A stretch of 64,000 bases of DNA from Perkinsus chesapeaki ATCC PRA-425 (GCA_013115145.1 JAAPAO010000072.1:1-64000); one strand, 5' to 3'. Shown: positions 1-13,342, counted from the stretch's first letter. Numbers and translations: made by a program. The notes: generated by a model from the sequence alone, not told the origin.

Positions 1-38
1 TTCTCTATACTCTGTATTTGCCTACTCACTCATTCATT

Positions 39-996
39 ATGCCTGCATCCATCAACGAGTTGCGTCAAGAGAATGAACGGAACATCTTAACAATTTGCGA
101 GACAAGTTGCAAGGTATTCTATGGCTTATATGATACCTTAGTACTTATTATAGACAATTCTACTAGGACGCGTCATGAACCACCTTTGTATCTAGTTTAC
201 TCATGTTCTGCAGGTGTATCAGAGAATAAGGTATTTATAGGTTGTATACCACAGACAGTATCAGATGAAAGACTTAAGAAGGAGTTAAGAGGCATAAGTG
301 CGTACTACCGGTATATCAGATAGTGATATACAACCAGGATTATTAGGTGAAGAACGACGAAGTGAACCAAGGAAGATACTTGGTTTATGTTATGTTAGAG
401 ATGGTCAACAATCTGATCGTGGTGTAGCATTTGTGACATTCTCAACAAAAGAGGAGGCTGATGAATGTGTAAATGAAATGAATGGTAATTACGTATTTAA
501 AAGTAATATATTATTATTGGTATAATACTACTGCATAAGAGTGCTATCAGATGCTAATAGGCCTATTCATGCCAAACTAACATGTGAGAAGCTTCATGGT
601 AATCTTACTGGTACTGTTTTTGATAGGAATCCTGATGTATATGGCAAAAAGGTATTCATCATGCTCTTTTTTGAATAATACTTAACTTGTTCTATTCAGT
701 TACCACACACACATTGGACCGAGTATACTGCAGATGATACAGGACTTGTTTACTATAATAATGATGTCACTGGGGAAAGTGTTTGGGAGAAACCAGAGGT
801 AGTAGTTGTTGCTGTATACCTTATTATTGTCATCATTAATATAGTGCCTCGCTGAAGCTGAGGAAGACCTTCCTCCAGAGGCAACACCTGATACAGCAAC
901 TACTGAAGAGGTATGATATCTTTTTTAATGGGTATTTTTCTAAAGAAATTTTAGGATGGTGGTGAAGTCGAAGGTGAGGAGATAAAATGTGATTGA
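39..996 (+). CDS. RRM + WW domain RNA-binding protein (multi-exon; may be 5'-incomplete)
   Basis: Exons read KVFIGCIPQTVSDERLKKEL (RNP2), RGVAFVTFSTKEEADECVNEMNG (RNP1) and WTEYTADDTGLVYYYNDVTGESVWEKP (WW domain), separated by GT-AG introns. Confidence 0.75.
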
Positions 997-1215
997 TGTA
1001 TTGGAAGCAGCATTATGAATTATTTACGTTTCACTAATACGAGTCTTGTTGTTAGTTATTTGTTAAGCTATCATAGCCACCGATAAGAATATTTCATATC
1101 AGTAGCAGGGTTAAGTAGCGTATTACTATACCTGACGGGTCTTAAGGAGCCCCCAGATGAGCTCTCTTTTAAGGACGCCAGGATTGGCTATTCTGTGTTA
1201 TTTGTGTTACGGGTA

Positions 1216-1750
1216 TCAGTGCGATGAGAGATGAATGGTAAAGTTTCTCTACATAGATTTTCAGTAGCAGAACTGGTAATACTGGTATCATCATATTAAA
1301 CATAGCTAATACATCTAATTAAATGTAGAATAGGCATCAAGACACGAACACTATCAACAAGTGAAGTATCAAATAAGATATACTATAACGTCATTTTACC
1401 AGTCATGTCTTAGACACCCGAGCATTAAAGCCAGAGAGTCCCTTTTTGACTGGTATACACTATGTTCAGTGCGATGANNNNNNNNNNNNNNNNNNNNNNN
1501 NNNNNNNNNNNNNNNNNNNNNNNNNNNNNNNNNNNNNNNNNNNNNNNNNNNNNNNNNNNNNNNNNNNNNNCGATGAGAGATGAATGGTAAAGGTTCTCTA
1601 CATGAGTTTTCAGTAGCAGAACTGGTAATACTGGTATCATCATTTAATAGCAATCAAGGGTCAGTGCGATGAGAGATGAATGGTAAAGGTTCTCTACATG
1701 AGTTTTCAGTAGCAGAACTGGTAATACTGGTATCATCATTTTAATAGCAA
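1216..1750. repeat. About 80-96 nt direct repeat, at least 3 copies, flanking an N gap
   Basis: TCAGTGCGATGAGAGATGAATGGTAAAG..TTTCAGTAGCAGAACTGGTAATACTGGTATCATCAT occurs at about 1217, 1571 and 1661; a further copy starts just before the gap (about 1466). Confidence 0.85.
1478..1570. other. Assembly gap (N run)
   Basis: Run of N bases. Confidence 0.99.
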
Positions 1751-2080
1751 TTGAAATATGAGGCACTCAATTTACGCAGCCACTCATGTTCAAGGGTGAG
1801 CACGCAATCTCGCACCAGTTACTTTAGCGATCCGAAAGAAGACAGATACCAACTATAATGGTATCGCCTGTGACAACATCGCTTATGTCCACTTATATTA
1901 TTGTAGGCCTAAACTCGACAACATATACTAGACGATAATCAGGAATGATGTATCCCACAAGAAAAACTATAGCTTAATCGACTATGGCTGTAGCCATTAT
2001 CGAAAACGCTTTATATCATCTCACGACATGTCTCTATAATGATACTAATAACCAACATGTTAAATCTACACTAACCTCAA

Positions 2081-3466
2081 CTAGTTCATGCAAGGAGTAT
2101 GATGAACAAAATACCATCCCATGCTTCCAAGAAGACCTCTCTTGCATTCATTGGTCTTAGTAGACTCAATAAGAGACTTTTGAATAGCGGAGGCACGTCC
2201 CCAGAGGACCATATGACCAGTACCAGGAGCAGACTTGGCACCAAGGACAAAGCATGCATCCTTCGGACCAAGGGAAGTAGCGAACATTCCAGCACCCCAA
2301 GGCCACCATGTAGTACGAAGCTTCTTATCACCGAAGATACCACAGCAACCACCAGGAGCCCAAGCTCCCTTCTCAAGGTGATCGATGACACGGATGTTAT
2401 GAACAGCGTGTTGAGCTTGTTCTTCACTAGGATAAGAGATCTTAGGAATTGGCGGAAGACCGGGGACCATGTTGCAATCACCAACAGCAAAGATATGTCC
2501 ACCACCAAACAGAGACTCAGACCCATCATCATTGAGCTGGGTAACTTGAAGGTTGTTGTTAACACGAATCCAACCACCACCGCCAGGTCCACGTTTCTTA
2601 ACATCTTTCTCTTTCTTGTCAGCCTCGAGAGGGTTATACCCAGTTAGAGTCTCCTTTGGCATGAAATAGTTAGATGCTTTAACACCAATGCATACAAAGG
2701 TGCAATCAGGCTTTCCACTCATACCAATCTTACTGAAGAATTCCGGATCATCAGGGGCATACTTGATACCGTAGGTAGCCTTGATACCCTTCTTCTTCAT
2801 ATAGTGGTCACAGTAGTCAGCAGCAGACTTAGGTAGAGGTCCTAAGCATTTAGGTAGGAAATCAATAATATGTAACTTCAAGTTAGGGAAGTAATACTGA
2901 AGTTCGGTAACCCATTCAACACCGATAAATCCAGCACCAACAACCAATACAGAAGCCTTCTTCTTGTTTAAAGCCTTTAGCTTATCATGCTCCTCAAAGA
3001 TATGCCTACGACGGCCTTCGATAAATCTCTCGTCGATATGAGGCCAGGAACTCTCGGGGCGGGCATCCTCATGAATAGTTGGGAACCAAAGGCTTTCGCC
3101 CCATTTATGGAAAACACCAAAGTTACAACCAGCAGCAATAATGCAGTAATCAAACGGCACCTCCTCAGTGGTATCAGAGAACATAGGCTTAACGTGAGCT
3201 ACAAGACGGTTACCATCTAGTTGCTTAACTTCACCCCACAGGAACTTGATACCCATCTTTCTCTCTAGAACATGTTGATAGGTGAAGGATAAAGCATCAT
3301 AATGACCAGGATGAACAAACGCTCTCAGCACACCAGGAGTATATTCGAAATATTCTTTAGCATCAACCAAGGTAACTTCGAAGTGACTAGAAAGATCATG
3401 AGCCGCAAATAAGCCGGAAAAGCCACCGCCAATAACCAAAGCTCGACGCTTGTTACCGCTTGACAT
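2081..3466 (-). CDS. FAD-dependent pyridine nucleotide-disulfide oxidoreductase (AIF-like/AMID-FSP1 type), intronless
   Basis: 461 aa ORF with two Rossmann motifs (VIGGGFSG; VVGAGFIGVE) and IFAVGDC FAD-binding motif. Confidence 0.85.
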   Translation of the reverse strand: MSSGNKRRALVIGGGFSGLFAAHDLSSHFEVTLVDAKEYFEYTPGVLRAFVHPGHYDALSFTYQHVLERKMGIKFLWGEVKQLDGNRLVAHVKPMFSDTTEEVPFDYCIIAAGCNFGVFHKWGESLWFPTIHEDARPESSWPHIDERFIEGRRRHIFEEHDKLKALNKKKASVLVVGAGFIGVEWVTELQYYFPNLKLHIIDFLPKCLGPLPKSAADYCDHYMKKKGIKATYGIKYAPDDPEFFSKIGMSGKPDCTFVCIGVKASNYFMPKETLTGYNPLEADKKEKDVKKRGPGGGGWIRVNNNLQVTQLNDDGSESLFGGGHIFAVGDCNMVPGLPPIPKISYPSEEQAQHAVHNIRVIDHLEKGAWAPGGCCGIFGDKKLRTTWWPWGAGMFATSLGPKDACFVLGAKSAPGTGHMVLWGRASAIQKSLIESTKTNECKRGLLGSMGWYFVHHTPCMN

Positions 3467-3642
3467 GGTGAAAGGCTTCTAAGACGGTGATGGTGAAGTC
3501 CGAGTTAAAGGAGTCCGCCCTGTGATCGATTATATAGCTCGTAGCGGAGCGAAGCGTTGCAGATCTCAACATTTTAGAGACATGCACATATATGCAAGAT
3601 GCGCACATCGATAAGGCGGCTAGTGTTGGTTGTTTGAATTGA

Positions 3643-5333
3643 ATGTCATCCGACAACTATAACGAATATATTGATAAAGGGATACATTTGTTTAGGAAGG
3701 GTGTTAAAGGGGCTAAGAAATTAGGGAAGAAAGCTAATAAAGAAATAAAGAAGGTCAGAAGGAAGCATCACAGTAGCTAATAATATTGAACTCAGGCAGC
3801 AGGACTACCAACTGGACAATGTACTGAAACTAATCCACGATATTATATAGTCGTAGCTAGACAAGGTGCTATGGTTAGAAAAGGTATAGAAATGGATAGC
3901 CCACAGGTGAGCAAGAATAGCAGCCGTTATTATTGTATGGTAAAGTTGTTGAATAACGGTAGGTACATGGTCTACGTCGGGCAGACATATGTACAGTTGT
4001 TAACATTAGTGGGAGAAGAGCAAGAATTGTTGAACCTGTTGGTAATGATATGAGCTAAAGATACTATTGGGTATTAAATCTTTAGATGGTTGGGTGTCAC
4101 TTTATACAGCTGATGGTGAAGTTATAATGAGACAAACTCTTCCACCTGATAGAAGAGAACAGAACCAGCATCTTGATCGGTACTATACCATACTAATATA
4201 CCAAACACAACACTATATTAGACGTTTCGAACAAGTGAAAAGAGAACAAGATAGAGTAGGAGGATATAAGGAAGCAGTTAAGATTGCCAATGATCATGCT
4301 GCAGCTGCTATGGGTGAGGCTGGTGATGGTGGCAGTGCATTAGCTGCTGAAAGATATCAGCAAAGGGAAAGTAATAATACTTATAAAATTATATAAATCA
4401 TTCTTTCCAGACTCAATTGGCGGTACTGCTGCTGATTTCGGTTATGCAAATAGACGAGATTCTGGTCAGGATGAAAGCGCAGTCGCCACAGGTAGTATGT
4501 AATAAAGTAAATAACAATAAAAGTAATGTCTTTTATAGCCGCTAGTTTAAGTACAGTTTCTGTCCGTACTAAAGAGTCCGGGGGCCCAAGTAGCCGTACT
4601 AGCAGCAGTACGATACCCAAACTGGTAATGTTGGTAAACTAGTAGCATGTAGTGTAGATGTAGTGTTCTGTAGGCGGCTCCTGGCACTTTACCTAAATTG
4701 GCACCACCGCCTTCCAGACGACAACAGAATATAGAACATAATAATAAGCCTGTCGTACAGCAACATAATATGGATCTATTGGGGTTCGATGATGATGAGG
4801 AACCAGCAGCAGCAGCATCATCGCAGGAAGGTGATATCATGGGGAGGTTTGGTTATGATTAAATAACTAATTTAGATAATGGATGGAATGTGGATAGTTC
4901 TTTAGCGAGTTCACAACAACAGCCAAGTTCGGCACCACAACTTGATATTGTAATAACAGTGTAGCTAGCTTAGCTGTATTTATATATTAATAGTTTTCAT
5001 TATATTCATCCACTCCACAACAACAGCAGCAGTCATCTACACCGCAATCGTATACCACTAACAACAATGCCCCACAAATGAAGAAGATGGCAGATCCAAC
5101 AAATCCATTTGCGGCTTTACAAGGGCTTGGTTTTCCTTCAACAAATCAACAGCAGCTGCAGCATCAGCATCAGACGGTAGTACTGCAATACCTTGAACAA
5201 TGTTATATGATGTCCATTACAGAGGGCAACTTCATTACCACCATCCTCGGGACAATCCAATACCACCTCTAACAAGCCCTCATCACCATCAGCTGCACCT
5301 ACATTTAACGATCCGTTTGCTGATCTAATATAG
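3643..5333 (+). CDS. Multi-exon protein, putative endocytic/trafficking adaptor
   Basis: Exons separated by GT-AG introns; coiled-coil middle; low-complexity tail with DLLGF, NPF and DPF motifs. No N-terminal domain recognised. Confidence 0.45.
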
Positions 5334-5481
5334 TTACTATAATAGATAAACATAGTAGGTTTCGTTATAGGTTACCAACATTATCTGTATACATCCTTTA
5401 TATATGGTAACATTATCACTTATATACTCATTGGCTTGCGTATTTCAATAGTTTTCATAGATAACTTCACCAATAGATAAT

Positions 5482-5987
5482 ATGGTAACCACATCAGTTG
5501 GTAATATCCTATCCTGGATATTTCTAGCATTTATACTATTCTTCAATATAATCAATTTTATATTGTATTTTATTGATAAGAAGAAAGCACAACATGATTG
5601 GTCACGAATATCTGAAGCAACACTTCTGAGTAATACTTAACATATTAATCCTTGCATCAGGATCTATCGCAGGTTTTGGCGTAGTCGCCCCTTTCGGTGG
5701 TCTAATGGGTATGTTCTTAATACGTCATAAAACTAAACATTGGTACTTTTGGCTTGATAATGTTGTATTTGCCATATTATGGATTATTATGGGTATAGCA
5801 TTGGTATCATCCTACAATTGGTGTGGTACTTCTAACTCGACAGTGAGCCTACAGTCTATCCGTTTGTTGTATACCATGTATATATTAGGTACCTTGTATA
5901 GTAACTGCTTGTTTAATTGCAGCTGGAGGATTGGTTGTTCTATGGTCTGTCGGAGGTGAAATAAGATATGCTTGCCAACGTAGATAA
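5482..5987 (+). CDS. DUF1294-family small membrane protein
   Basis: FILYFIDKKKAQHDWSRISEATLL ... GGLMGMFLIRHKTKH matches the DUF1294 pattern (DKxxA..RI.E..L; G.LxGM...RHKT); intron-split. Confidence 0.75.
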
Positions 5988-6134
5988 TGAATTTACTTAA
6001 TATTGCATACTATATTAATTTCACCAGTTATCCAAGTAGTGTTGTGTTACTATCATTATTAATCAAACTCAAATCATCATCATAGAATAAATGACAACGC
6101 ATTTCAAAGCGTGTCGTAGTCGTTGTTGGTGTTT

Positions 6135-6527
6135 TTAGTTAGTTCCTTCTCTCCACTTAGGCGACACTTCATTCAACATAGATACATATTCCTAATAACA
6201 ATTCCTACTAATTACTACCATATAGGTATTTACCTTCATAGCTTCATCCTTAGGCATATTACCAAGCTTATTCCAGGCATCCCATTTAGCCCGAGCTTCA
6301 ACTTTAACAGCCCAAGGTTGAGCACCACCATGCTCGGCACATGTTCCCAGTGTGGCCTATCCAATAATAAAATATAGTTTTAAATAAGCAAACTGTTATC
6401 AAACTACTACCTGCTTGAACCGAGCATAGAAATCAAGTTGTTTGGATGTACTAATTGGACTCTTGCCTTTAGGAAGGCCCCTAACATAAGCTACAGCGGC
6501 GTTGAAGTCCTTTTCTACACTAGACAT
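6135..6527 (-). CDS. ACBP: Acyl-CoA-binding protein (3 exons)
   Basis: Spliced: MSSVEKDFNAAVAYVRGLPKGKSPISTSKQLDFYARFKQ/ATLGTCAEHGGAQPWAVKVEARAKWDAWNKLGNMPKDEAMK/EYVSMLNEVSPKWREGTN; contains the LxFYAxFKQAT and KWDAW ACBP motifs. Confidence 0.92.
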
Positions 6528-6720
6528 AATAATAAGATGTATAATAAAACTATATATGAAGCTAGACCACATCATCGATCCAACCTAGCATTAAAGAGAT
6601 GTTTTAATTCTGGGCGCGCGCTTATAGTTGATCGATTTACAGCGCAAGTTCCACTGGAAATGGCATTTCCGTGAGAGCGTATATTAGGTGTTATGAAATC
6701 AGGTTATTCGTTATATTAAT

Positions 6721-7714
6721 ATGGCAAGTTTACTGCCCCCAATCGGCCTCATAATCGCTAATGGTGTATTTGTTATATTCGCTATATGTTTGCTAAGTAC
6801 AACACTTTGGTGTTATTATCAACCATTCTATCAAGCATACTTCGTACATGCTCATGTATGCTTAGCCCTCATATCAACAGTTATACTATTTGCAGTATCT
6901 GGTCTCGGTATAGGTATTGGTATAATGCAAGGTAAGGACCCCCTACCACTAAGAATTGTGTATGCTGCTGCTGGTGGTATTGTTGCATTCCTTTTCCTTC
7001 TTATGGGTGGCTATCTATGCTGGCATTCTATTACAATGTATAAATTAGAGCTTGACAGATCGGAATTGACCATTATCCCTTCAAGAGATCTTCATGTGCA
7101 AAACCTCACTGAAAGGATGTATGTTGCATTCGATGATACATACAGTGCAGCTGATTGTCAATATGGAGGTTATATGATGTCTACTGATTCCTTTACTCGA
7201 CCCAAGTGTGGTGATTGGAGGGTATAAACTGAGAATAATAATCCTGTTGCCTTACTTATTAGTATAGGTACACAATTGGCTTAATGAGCTTACAGAAGAG
7301 GAGCCTGATGATGCAGATAATATGAAAGAATGGAAGATGTGCATGCATGAAGAAAGGCTCGGGGAACAGCTTGTAAGCGTTAAAAACAAAATAGACTATG
7401 CGTATTGACTATCGGTAATTGAGTAGTTGGGCCTATGGTGTCGGGTTAATGCAGACGTTTCAAGAGAGCTTGGTACTATGACACAATGGTTCTGCGCTGC
7501 CTTCTGGGTAAGACGTACTCTTTTCTGTTATAAGATGATATGGGATCAGATACTATTTGTGGCATTGACTGCAGTTGTCGTGTTAACAATGTTACCCGTA
7601 CCAAATGGAGGTAGCAGCGTCTCTGATGAAGGAGAGGATGCAGACCTCGGTTGGAAGTATAGGAAGGAACAGGAGCAGCATCCTGATGGAGAGAACGATT
7701 CTGATGGGGAGTAA
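6721..7714 (+). CDS. Tetraspanin-like 4-TM membrane protein (multi-exon)
   Basis: Three N-terminal hydrophobic helices, Cys-containing large loop, final TM ILFVALTAVVVLTMLPV and acidic tail. Confidence 0.5.
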
Positions 7715-8274
7715 GAGCTGACGTATTGTCGCATTCATTGCTGATTCCCCTGATTCAGTAACAACGCAGTCAGACGACGGCTTGACAATTGGAATGAGGA
7801 CAGCAATGATAGTGGAGCGGTGAGGCGACGTTGATTCGGGTTACATGTCTGAGCAACGATGTCTAAGTAGTTGTTGTCATCGATGTGAGTTATTACTGCT
7901 TGTTGTGTGATTAGTAATTTCTATCATCAGTTAGATGGGTATGTCATGCGGTAGCGATCAGAGTAATGATGTAACGGGTCTACCCCGTACCGTATGCTCC
8001 ACTGTGCAAGCAGTAGTACATTCTTTGCAAGCCTTGTTGTCCTGAAGAGAGCTGCCGTCTAGAGACCACCCTTCCATCAGGGAAGAGACTCTCTTCAGGA
8101 GTCGGGGGGTTTTCTCTGAATGCCGGACCAAAGCATCATTATGAGATGACCAGTCTTCAAGGACCGTGGTCATCTGCTTGAACAACAGTTTATGTTAATT
8201 ATTACCACAATTGCAACCACATGTTCGTCGCTAACTCAAACTTAACACTGGCAATGTATAACAAAAATCCAAGC

Positions 8275-10196
8275 TCACAGAGTAGAGTGCTTCGTGTTAT
8301 TGTTGTTGCTCGGGATATTAGGATCGCTGCTCTTGCCAATATTTTCGGAGATTCCCGACTCTCCGCTTTCTTCTACTAATAGTCTGCCAACGTCAATCAT
8401 ACCCTTATCATGATCAACGAAAAACGCCAAGGCTAATGACGGAAGGGCAAACATAATAAAGAAATATACAAAGGCGCCTCTGAGCGATCCTGTCGTCTCT
8501 TTGATAAGTCCGACGATTAGTGGGCCAAGCCAACTAGAGCCCCTGTCGGTGATGGCAGAAAGTGAAAAGAACTCTGTTTCTCTACCAGGGATGGTTAGAT
8601 CAGCATAGAGGGCTCTTTGGAAGGACAGTAAGGCGCCCACATTCAGACCATGTATTGCGGCAAAGGCGTACATCTCAGCAGCTGTCTTCAATCCGAAAGG
8701 TAAGGACTTTATCAAACCAAAGCTGCCATAGAGGCAACAGATAGTATAGACAGAGAGAATCATAAGCAGCACAGTCTTGGTGCGCAGATTTAGTTTAGTC
8801 TTTAGCCATATATAAAAGAAGTTACCAATGACAGAAGTTGGCCAGATTATAATGAGCATGATGGCTTGCTGACTTGCTCCGAAGCATAAAGCATCTTCTG
8901 CGAATAACACGGCTACCGATACTAATGTAGAAAGTGCATCACTGTAGAAGAAGAAGCAGACAAGGAAGATACCAGTGTTCTTAAACCTCATTGCATCTCG
9001 AATAGTGAGGCCAACACTCTTCCATCCATGAAATACAACTAACCATTTAGGATGGTATTCAGGCAAGGGAGTCCCTGGCCTTATCTTTAACCAATAAAAT
9101 ACTAACGGAGTTAATAGTGCCCACCACAGACCACAGATCATAATACTTATTCGAAGGGATAGCTTCTGTCTACTTTCATCGCTACTAAGTGACAGGATAA
9201 GAGCAAAGCAGCAGGCCATAATTAGACCAGAGCCCGCAAAGCCCCATGCAGAGCCGTAAGCAGACGTTCGATCCATAAGATCCTCACGAAACTGCTTCAA
9301 ACTTTCGGGAATTTTGATGCCAGCAAAGCGCACTAGAAACGAGTGGGCGTCAACAATAACTGGTAAGTATGCATCGTAAAATACGCCACTTAGACCATAG
9401 AAGGCGTTTAATATTATAGTTAATAATGCTGCAGCAAAATACAGACTACCAGATGACATAAAAATGAAACTGATTGCCGTGAGCTGAGCTATGACGCTGG
9501 TTATCAACATTCCATAATATCGAATGCTAAGATGATCGGCAAACGCTCCAAAGGTGATAAAAAAGATAGCTTGTACGGCAACTGATAATGATACGGTGAG
9601 AGAGGCGAAGGTCGTAGGGTCGACGGCAAATCCAAAAAAGCTGACCGACGGAGGGAACCATGCGACAAACTTTCGAGTGACCATGTCCCACAACAGAACA
9701 CCTGACATCGCACATAAAATATGACACTCGATCTCATGTTGCTCTTCTCGTTGTTACCTTCTCCTTCCACGCAGTGGGTGCAGTCTGCGGCACTGAATAG
9801 TTCTTCCCTCAAGCTGTCCACATAGCAATATTCACTATCACATTCCACATCAGTGTAACTAAAAGGCACTGTCCAATGACGTCTCACACCAAGTCGATTA
9901 CGAAGAACAATCTTTGACAGCTGATCCATTGTATGCTTGCTCTAGAGCTAAGTTCAACAGGAGTAAAGGGATGAATACAAGTAGGGCATAATCTGGTGAG
10001 AGACATTACGATAAATGGTAACAAACTTGTCTCGTGTCGTACTTCCTATGGCAGAATTACCAGCATCATAAAGATACCATCCCAACCTCTCTTTAGAAAA
10101 CGTCTTGAAGCACAGCGTGGTGTCCTCGATACAAGCGGGTATAACACTTGTAATATCACCTTCGACTGTTAGTGATGGTAAACTTGGAGATGCCAT
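8275..10196 (-). CDS. Atg22/UMF1-like MFS transporter, copy 1 (4 exons)
   Basis: Exon 1 has GWYLYDAGNS; later motifs FGAFADH, FYDAYLP, FFYSDA, PGRETEFFSL, GSSWLGP; about 12 TM. True start lies upstream of the ORF-track start. Confidence 0.88.
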
Positions 10197-11413
10197 GCAA
10201 ACAACAGCTGAATAATTATGGGTGGCCTGAAGGAATGAGATAGACTTCACGATGCATTCTTCTTTATGGTAAATTCCCAGCTAGATCTTAGTTCACTGCG
10301 AAACTATTAACAGATAAAGAATCCTGGGTACCGTGAATCCGTGGCGCTCGGGTATGTGTGCGCTCATGCGTGCATCTACTCTTCTAACACAGATCTCAGA
10401 ACGGAAAAAGTTCAGGACTAGCCCGATATCCACTAGGGAAACCCAAGGTGGATACAAAGAAATCACATGGGAAACCTTCGACCCGCACGCCGAAGCGTGG
10501 AGATAGTCATACACAGTCGGACACGTGAAACTCCCAAGTGGTGAGTTGAGAGATGTGAGAGTCTAGCCGGGTAATGGGCCCTATAGAGACCAGACTTGAA
10601 ACATAGGGAGGAGCAATCGCAACTAGAGAGGCCCCTTATCACTCCTTCCGCGATGAGTGAGCAAACAGAGCGAGCGAACATCCCTGGGGCGGACTAGTCG
10701 CACCATGTGTAAACACACGTAACAAATCAACATGAAAAATGTGCATACTTATACGACATCGATTTATTTGCTCGGTTGTAGACTACAACTTGTAGTATGC
10801 CACGAAAGTCGCAACGAATAAAGATTGGTCGCTAGGAAGGTACCCGGGACACTTATCCGGATACTTGTGACACTTGTGCGTGCGCTCGTTCATGCGTTCA
10901 CTTCATCAAAGCGCGCGCAGGTATTATACACGGCATAGCATATGCAGGCAAAGTGTACGACATACTTAGACGCGATTGCGTCTTTTCCCATCATAGACCT
11001 GGACGGAAAGACACAAGACCAGCAGGAAAGAGTGCGGCAAACTTGTCCTCCGTGAACCAATTCGTAAGATCGAGCTGTCTCCTAACGGGGCATGCGTGCA
11101 GTGATTCCCTCAAGAATAACAAGATGCTCACCGCTATTGACGGAGTAAGCGTGGGACCCGCAGTGTCGGTAAGACCTGAACAAGGGAACATGTTCATCCG
11201 ACTGTCGCGGTGTTAAACACTCTTCGAAGCTCACGATGTAATTGAGAGCTTAGTATGTAACACTCACTTCCTCTCGCGTGTTCACGTCCTTCAAGGTTTA
11301 CAATTATCAACTTTCAAGCAAGTAATAATCTGACTTTTTTCAACTCGACACTCCGTATTCATGGACACTCCCGTCAATGCTTCGCTACGTTTAGGCTGAA
11401 GGTGGTAACCGAC

Positions 11414-13342
11414 TTACTCAGCACTATTGCTTGAGTGACTGAGTGCTTCATTCTTTTGAATTGTCTCTAGTGTATCTATATTCTTTTTTACCAATGATCT
11501 ACCGATGTCAATCATACCCTTATCATGGTCAACGAACAATGTCAATGCAAGTGACGGAAGTAGCGTCATTATAAGCAAATATATGAAACCTCCTCGAAGA
11601 GAGCCCGTACTTTGCTTAATAAGACCGATAATAAGCGGACCAAGCCAGCTAGAGCCCCTATCTGTGATGGCAAAAAGTGAGAAAAATTCTGTTTCTCTGC
11701 CAGGTATAGTGAGGTCAGCATAGAGGGCTCTTTGAAAAGACTGGACAGCTCCTAAATGTATGCCATGTAGAGCAGCGAAGATGTACATCTCGACACCCGT
11801 CTTAAAACCGAACGATAGGGACGGTATCAAACCAATGGTGCCGTAAAGGCAGAGAATGACATAGACAAAAAGGTTTATGAGCAATACAGTTTTGGTGCGC
11901 AGATTTAGTTTGGCTTTGAGCCATACATAGAAGTAGTTACCCATCACAGAAGTAGCCAGAATGATGATGAGCATTATTGCCTGGCTAGTTACCCCAAAAC
12001 ATAAGGTTTCTTGTGCGAATAATACACCCAATGAGACGATTGTAGAAAGTGCATCACTGTAGAAGAAGAAGCAGACAAGGAAGATACCAGTGTTCTTAAA
12101 CCTCATTGCATCTCGAATAGTGAGGCCAACACTCTTCCATCCATGAAATACAACTAACCATTTAGGATGGTATTCAGGCAAGGGAGTCCCTGGCCTTATC
12201 TTTAACCAATAAAATACTAACGGAGTTAATAGTGCCCACCACAGACCACAGATCATAATACTTATTCGAAGGGATAGCTTCTGTCTACTTTCATCGCTAC
12301 CAAGCAAGAGTGTAATAGCAAAGCAGAGAACCATAATAACTCCAGAGGCTGCATAACCCCATATGAAACCATAGGCAGATGTTCGATCCATAAGATCTTC
12401 ACGAAATTGCTTCAAAGATTCCGGAACGTGAAGACCAGCAAAACGAATCAAAGACGGATGTGCATCAACAAGGACTGGTAAGTATGCATTATAGAAGACG
12501 CTTCCTAGGCCAAAAAAGGTATTCAATATTATAGTTAGTAAAGCTGCAGCGAAATACAGACTACCAGATGACATAAAAATGAAACTGATTGCCGTAAGCT
12601 GAGCAATGACGCTGGTTATCAACATTCCATAATATCGAATGCTGAGATGATCGGCAAACGCTCCAAAGGATACAAAAAAGACAGCTTGCGTAGCAACCGA
12701 CAATGAAATGGTGAGAGAGGCAAACGCGGTTGGATCCACATCAAATCCGAAGAAGTCAACTCGGGGAGGAACCCAATCGATGAACTTTGTAGTGAATACA
12801 TCCCATAACATACGACCTGATAAAGTTACAATGAAAGACAAGGCAAGTCGCGATAATTGGGAGCGATGAGAGACAGCTTTATAACAGAGATTCTGCTACC
12901 TTCCCCTTCCACGCAGTGTGTACAGTCTACCGTTTTGAATAATTCTTCGCTTAAGCTGTTCACATAGCAATGACTGGCATCGCATCGTACATCGTCGTAA
13001 CTACAACAAGACCGTCCGGAAGGCACTGTAGGTGGTTTGTTACGAGGAGCAACTCTTAACTGCTGATCCGCTGTATGCTTGATCTAGGGCTAGGTTGGAG
13101 AGAAGTAATGGGATGAATACCACTAAAGCCAGGCCTGCTTAGGGAATCTTATGTCAGTGTGAGAATGCACAGCCTGCTTACTCACCTCCTATGGTGGAAT
13201 TACCAGCATCGTAAAGGTACCAGGCAAACCTCTCCTTCGAAAAAGTCTTATTGCACAGTTTGGTGTCTTCCGTACATGGATAACTCGCACTTGCAACATC
13301 ACCTTCGACCTCTGTTGTCGGCGACGGAACCGCTCTCACCAT
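11414..13342 (-). CDS. Atg22/UMF1-like MFS transporter, copy 2
   Basis: Same exon layout and motifs as copy 1; exon 1 starts MVRAVPSPTTEVEG. Confidence 0.88.

Noticed and set aside
1216-1750. CRISPR-like repeat array
   Set aside because: Eukaryotic context; units are too long, lack regular unique spacers and flank an N gap.
2086-3220. Overlapping ORFs 2086-2604, 2099-2647 and 2987-3220
   Set aside because: Shadow frames of the oxidoreductase gene with no independent motifs.
10250-11400. Possible transposon between transporter copies 1 and 2 (likewise 13400-15090 and 17000-18640)
   Set aside because: Only short ORFs; no transposase, RT or integrase motifs, terminal repeats or mutual similarity recognised by eye. 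A repeat-library search would be needed.
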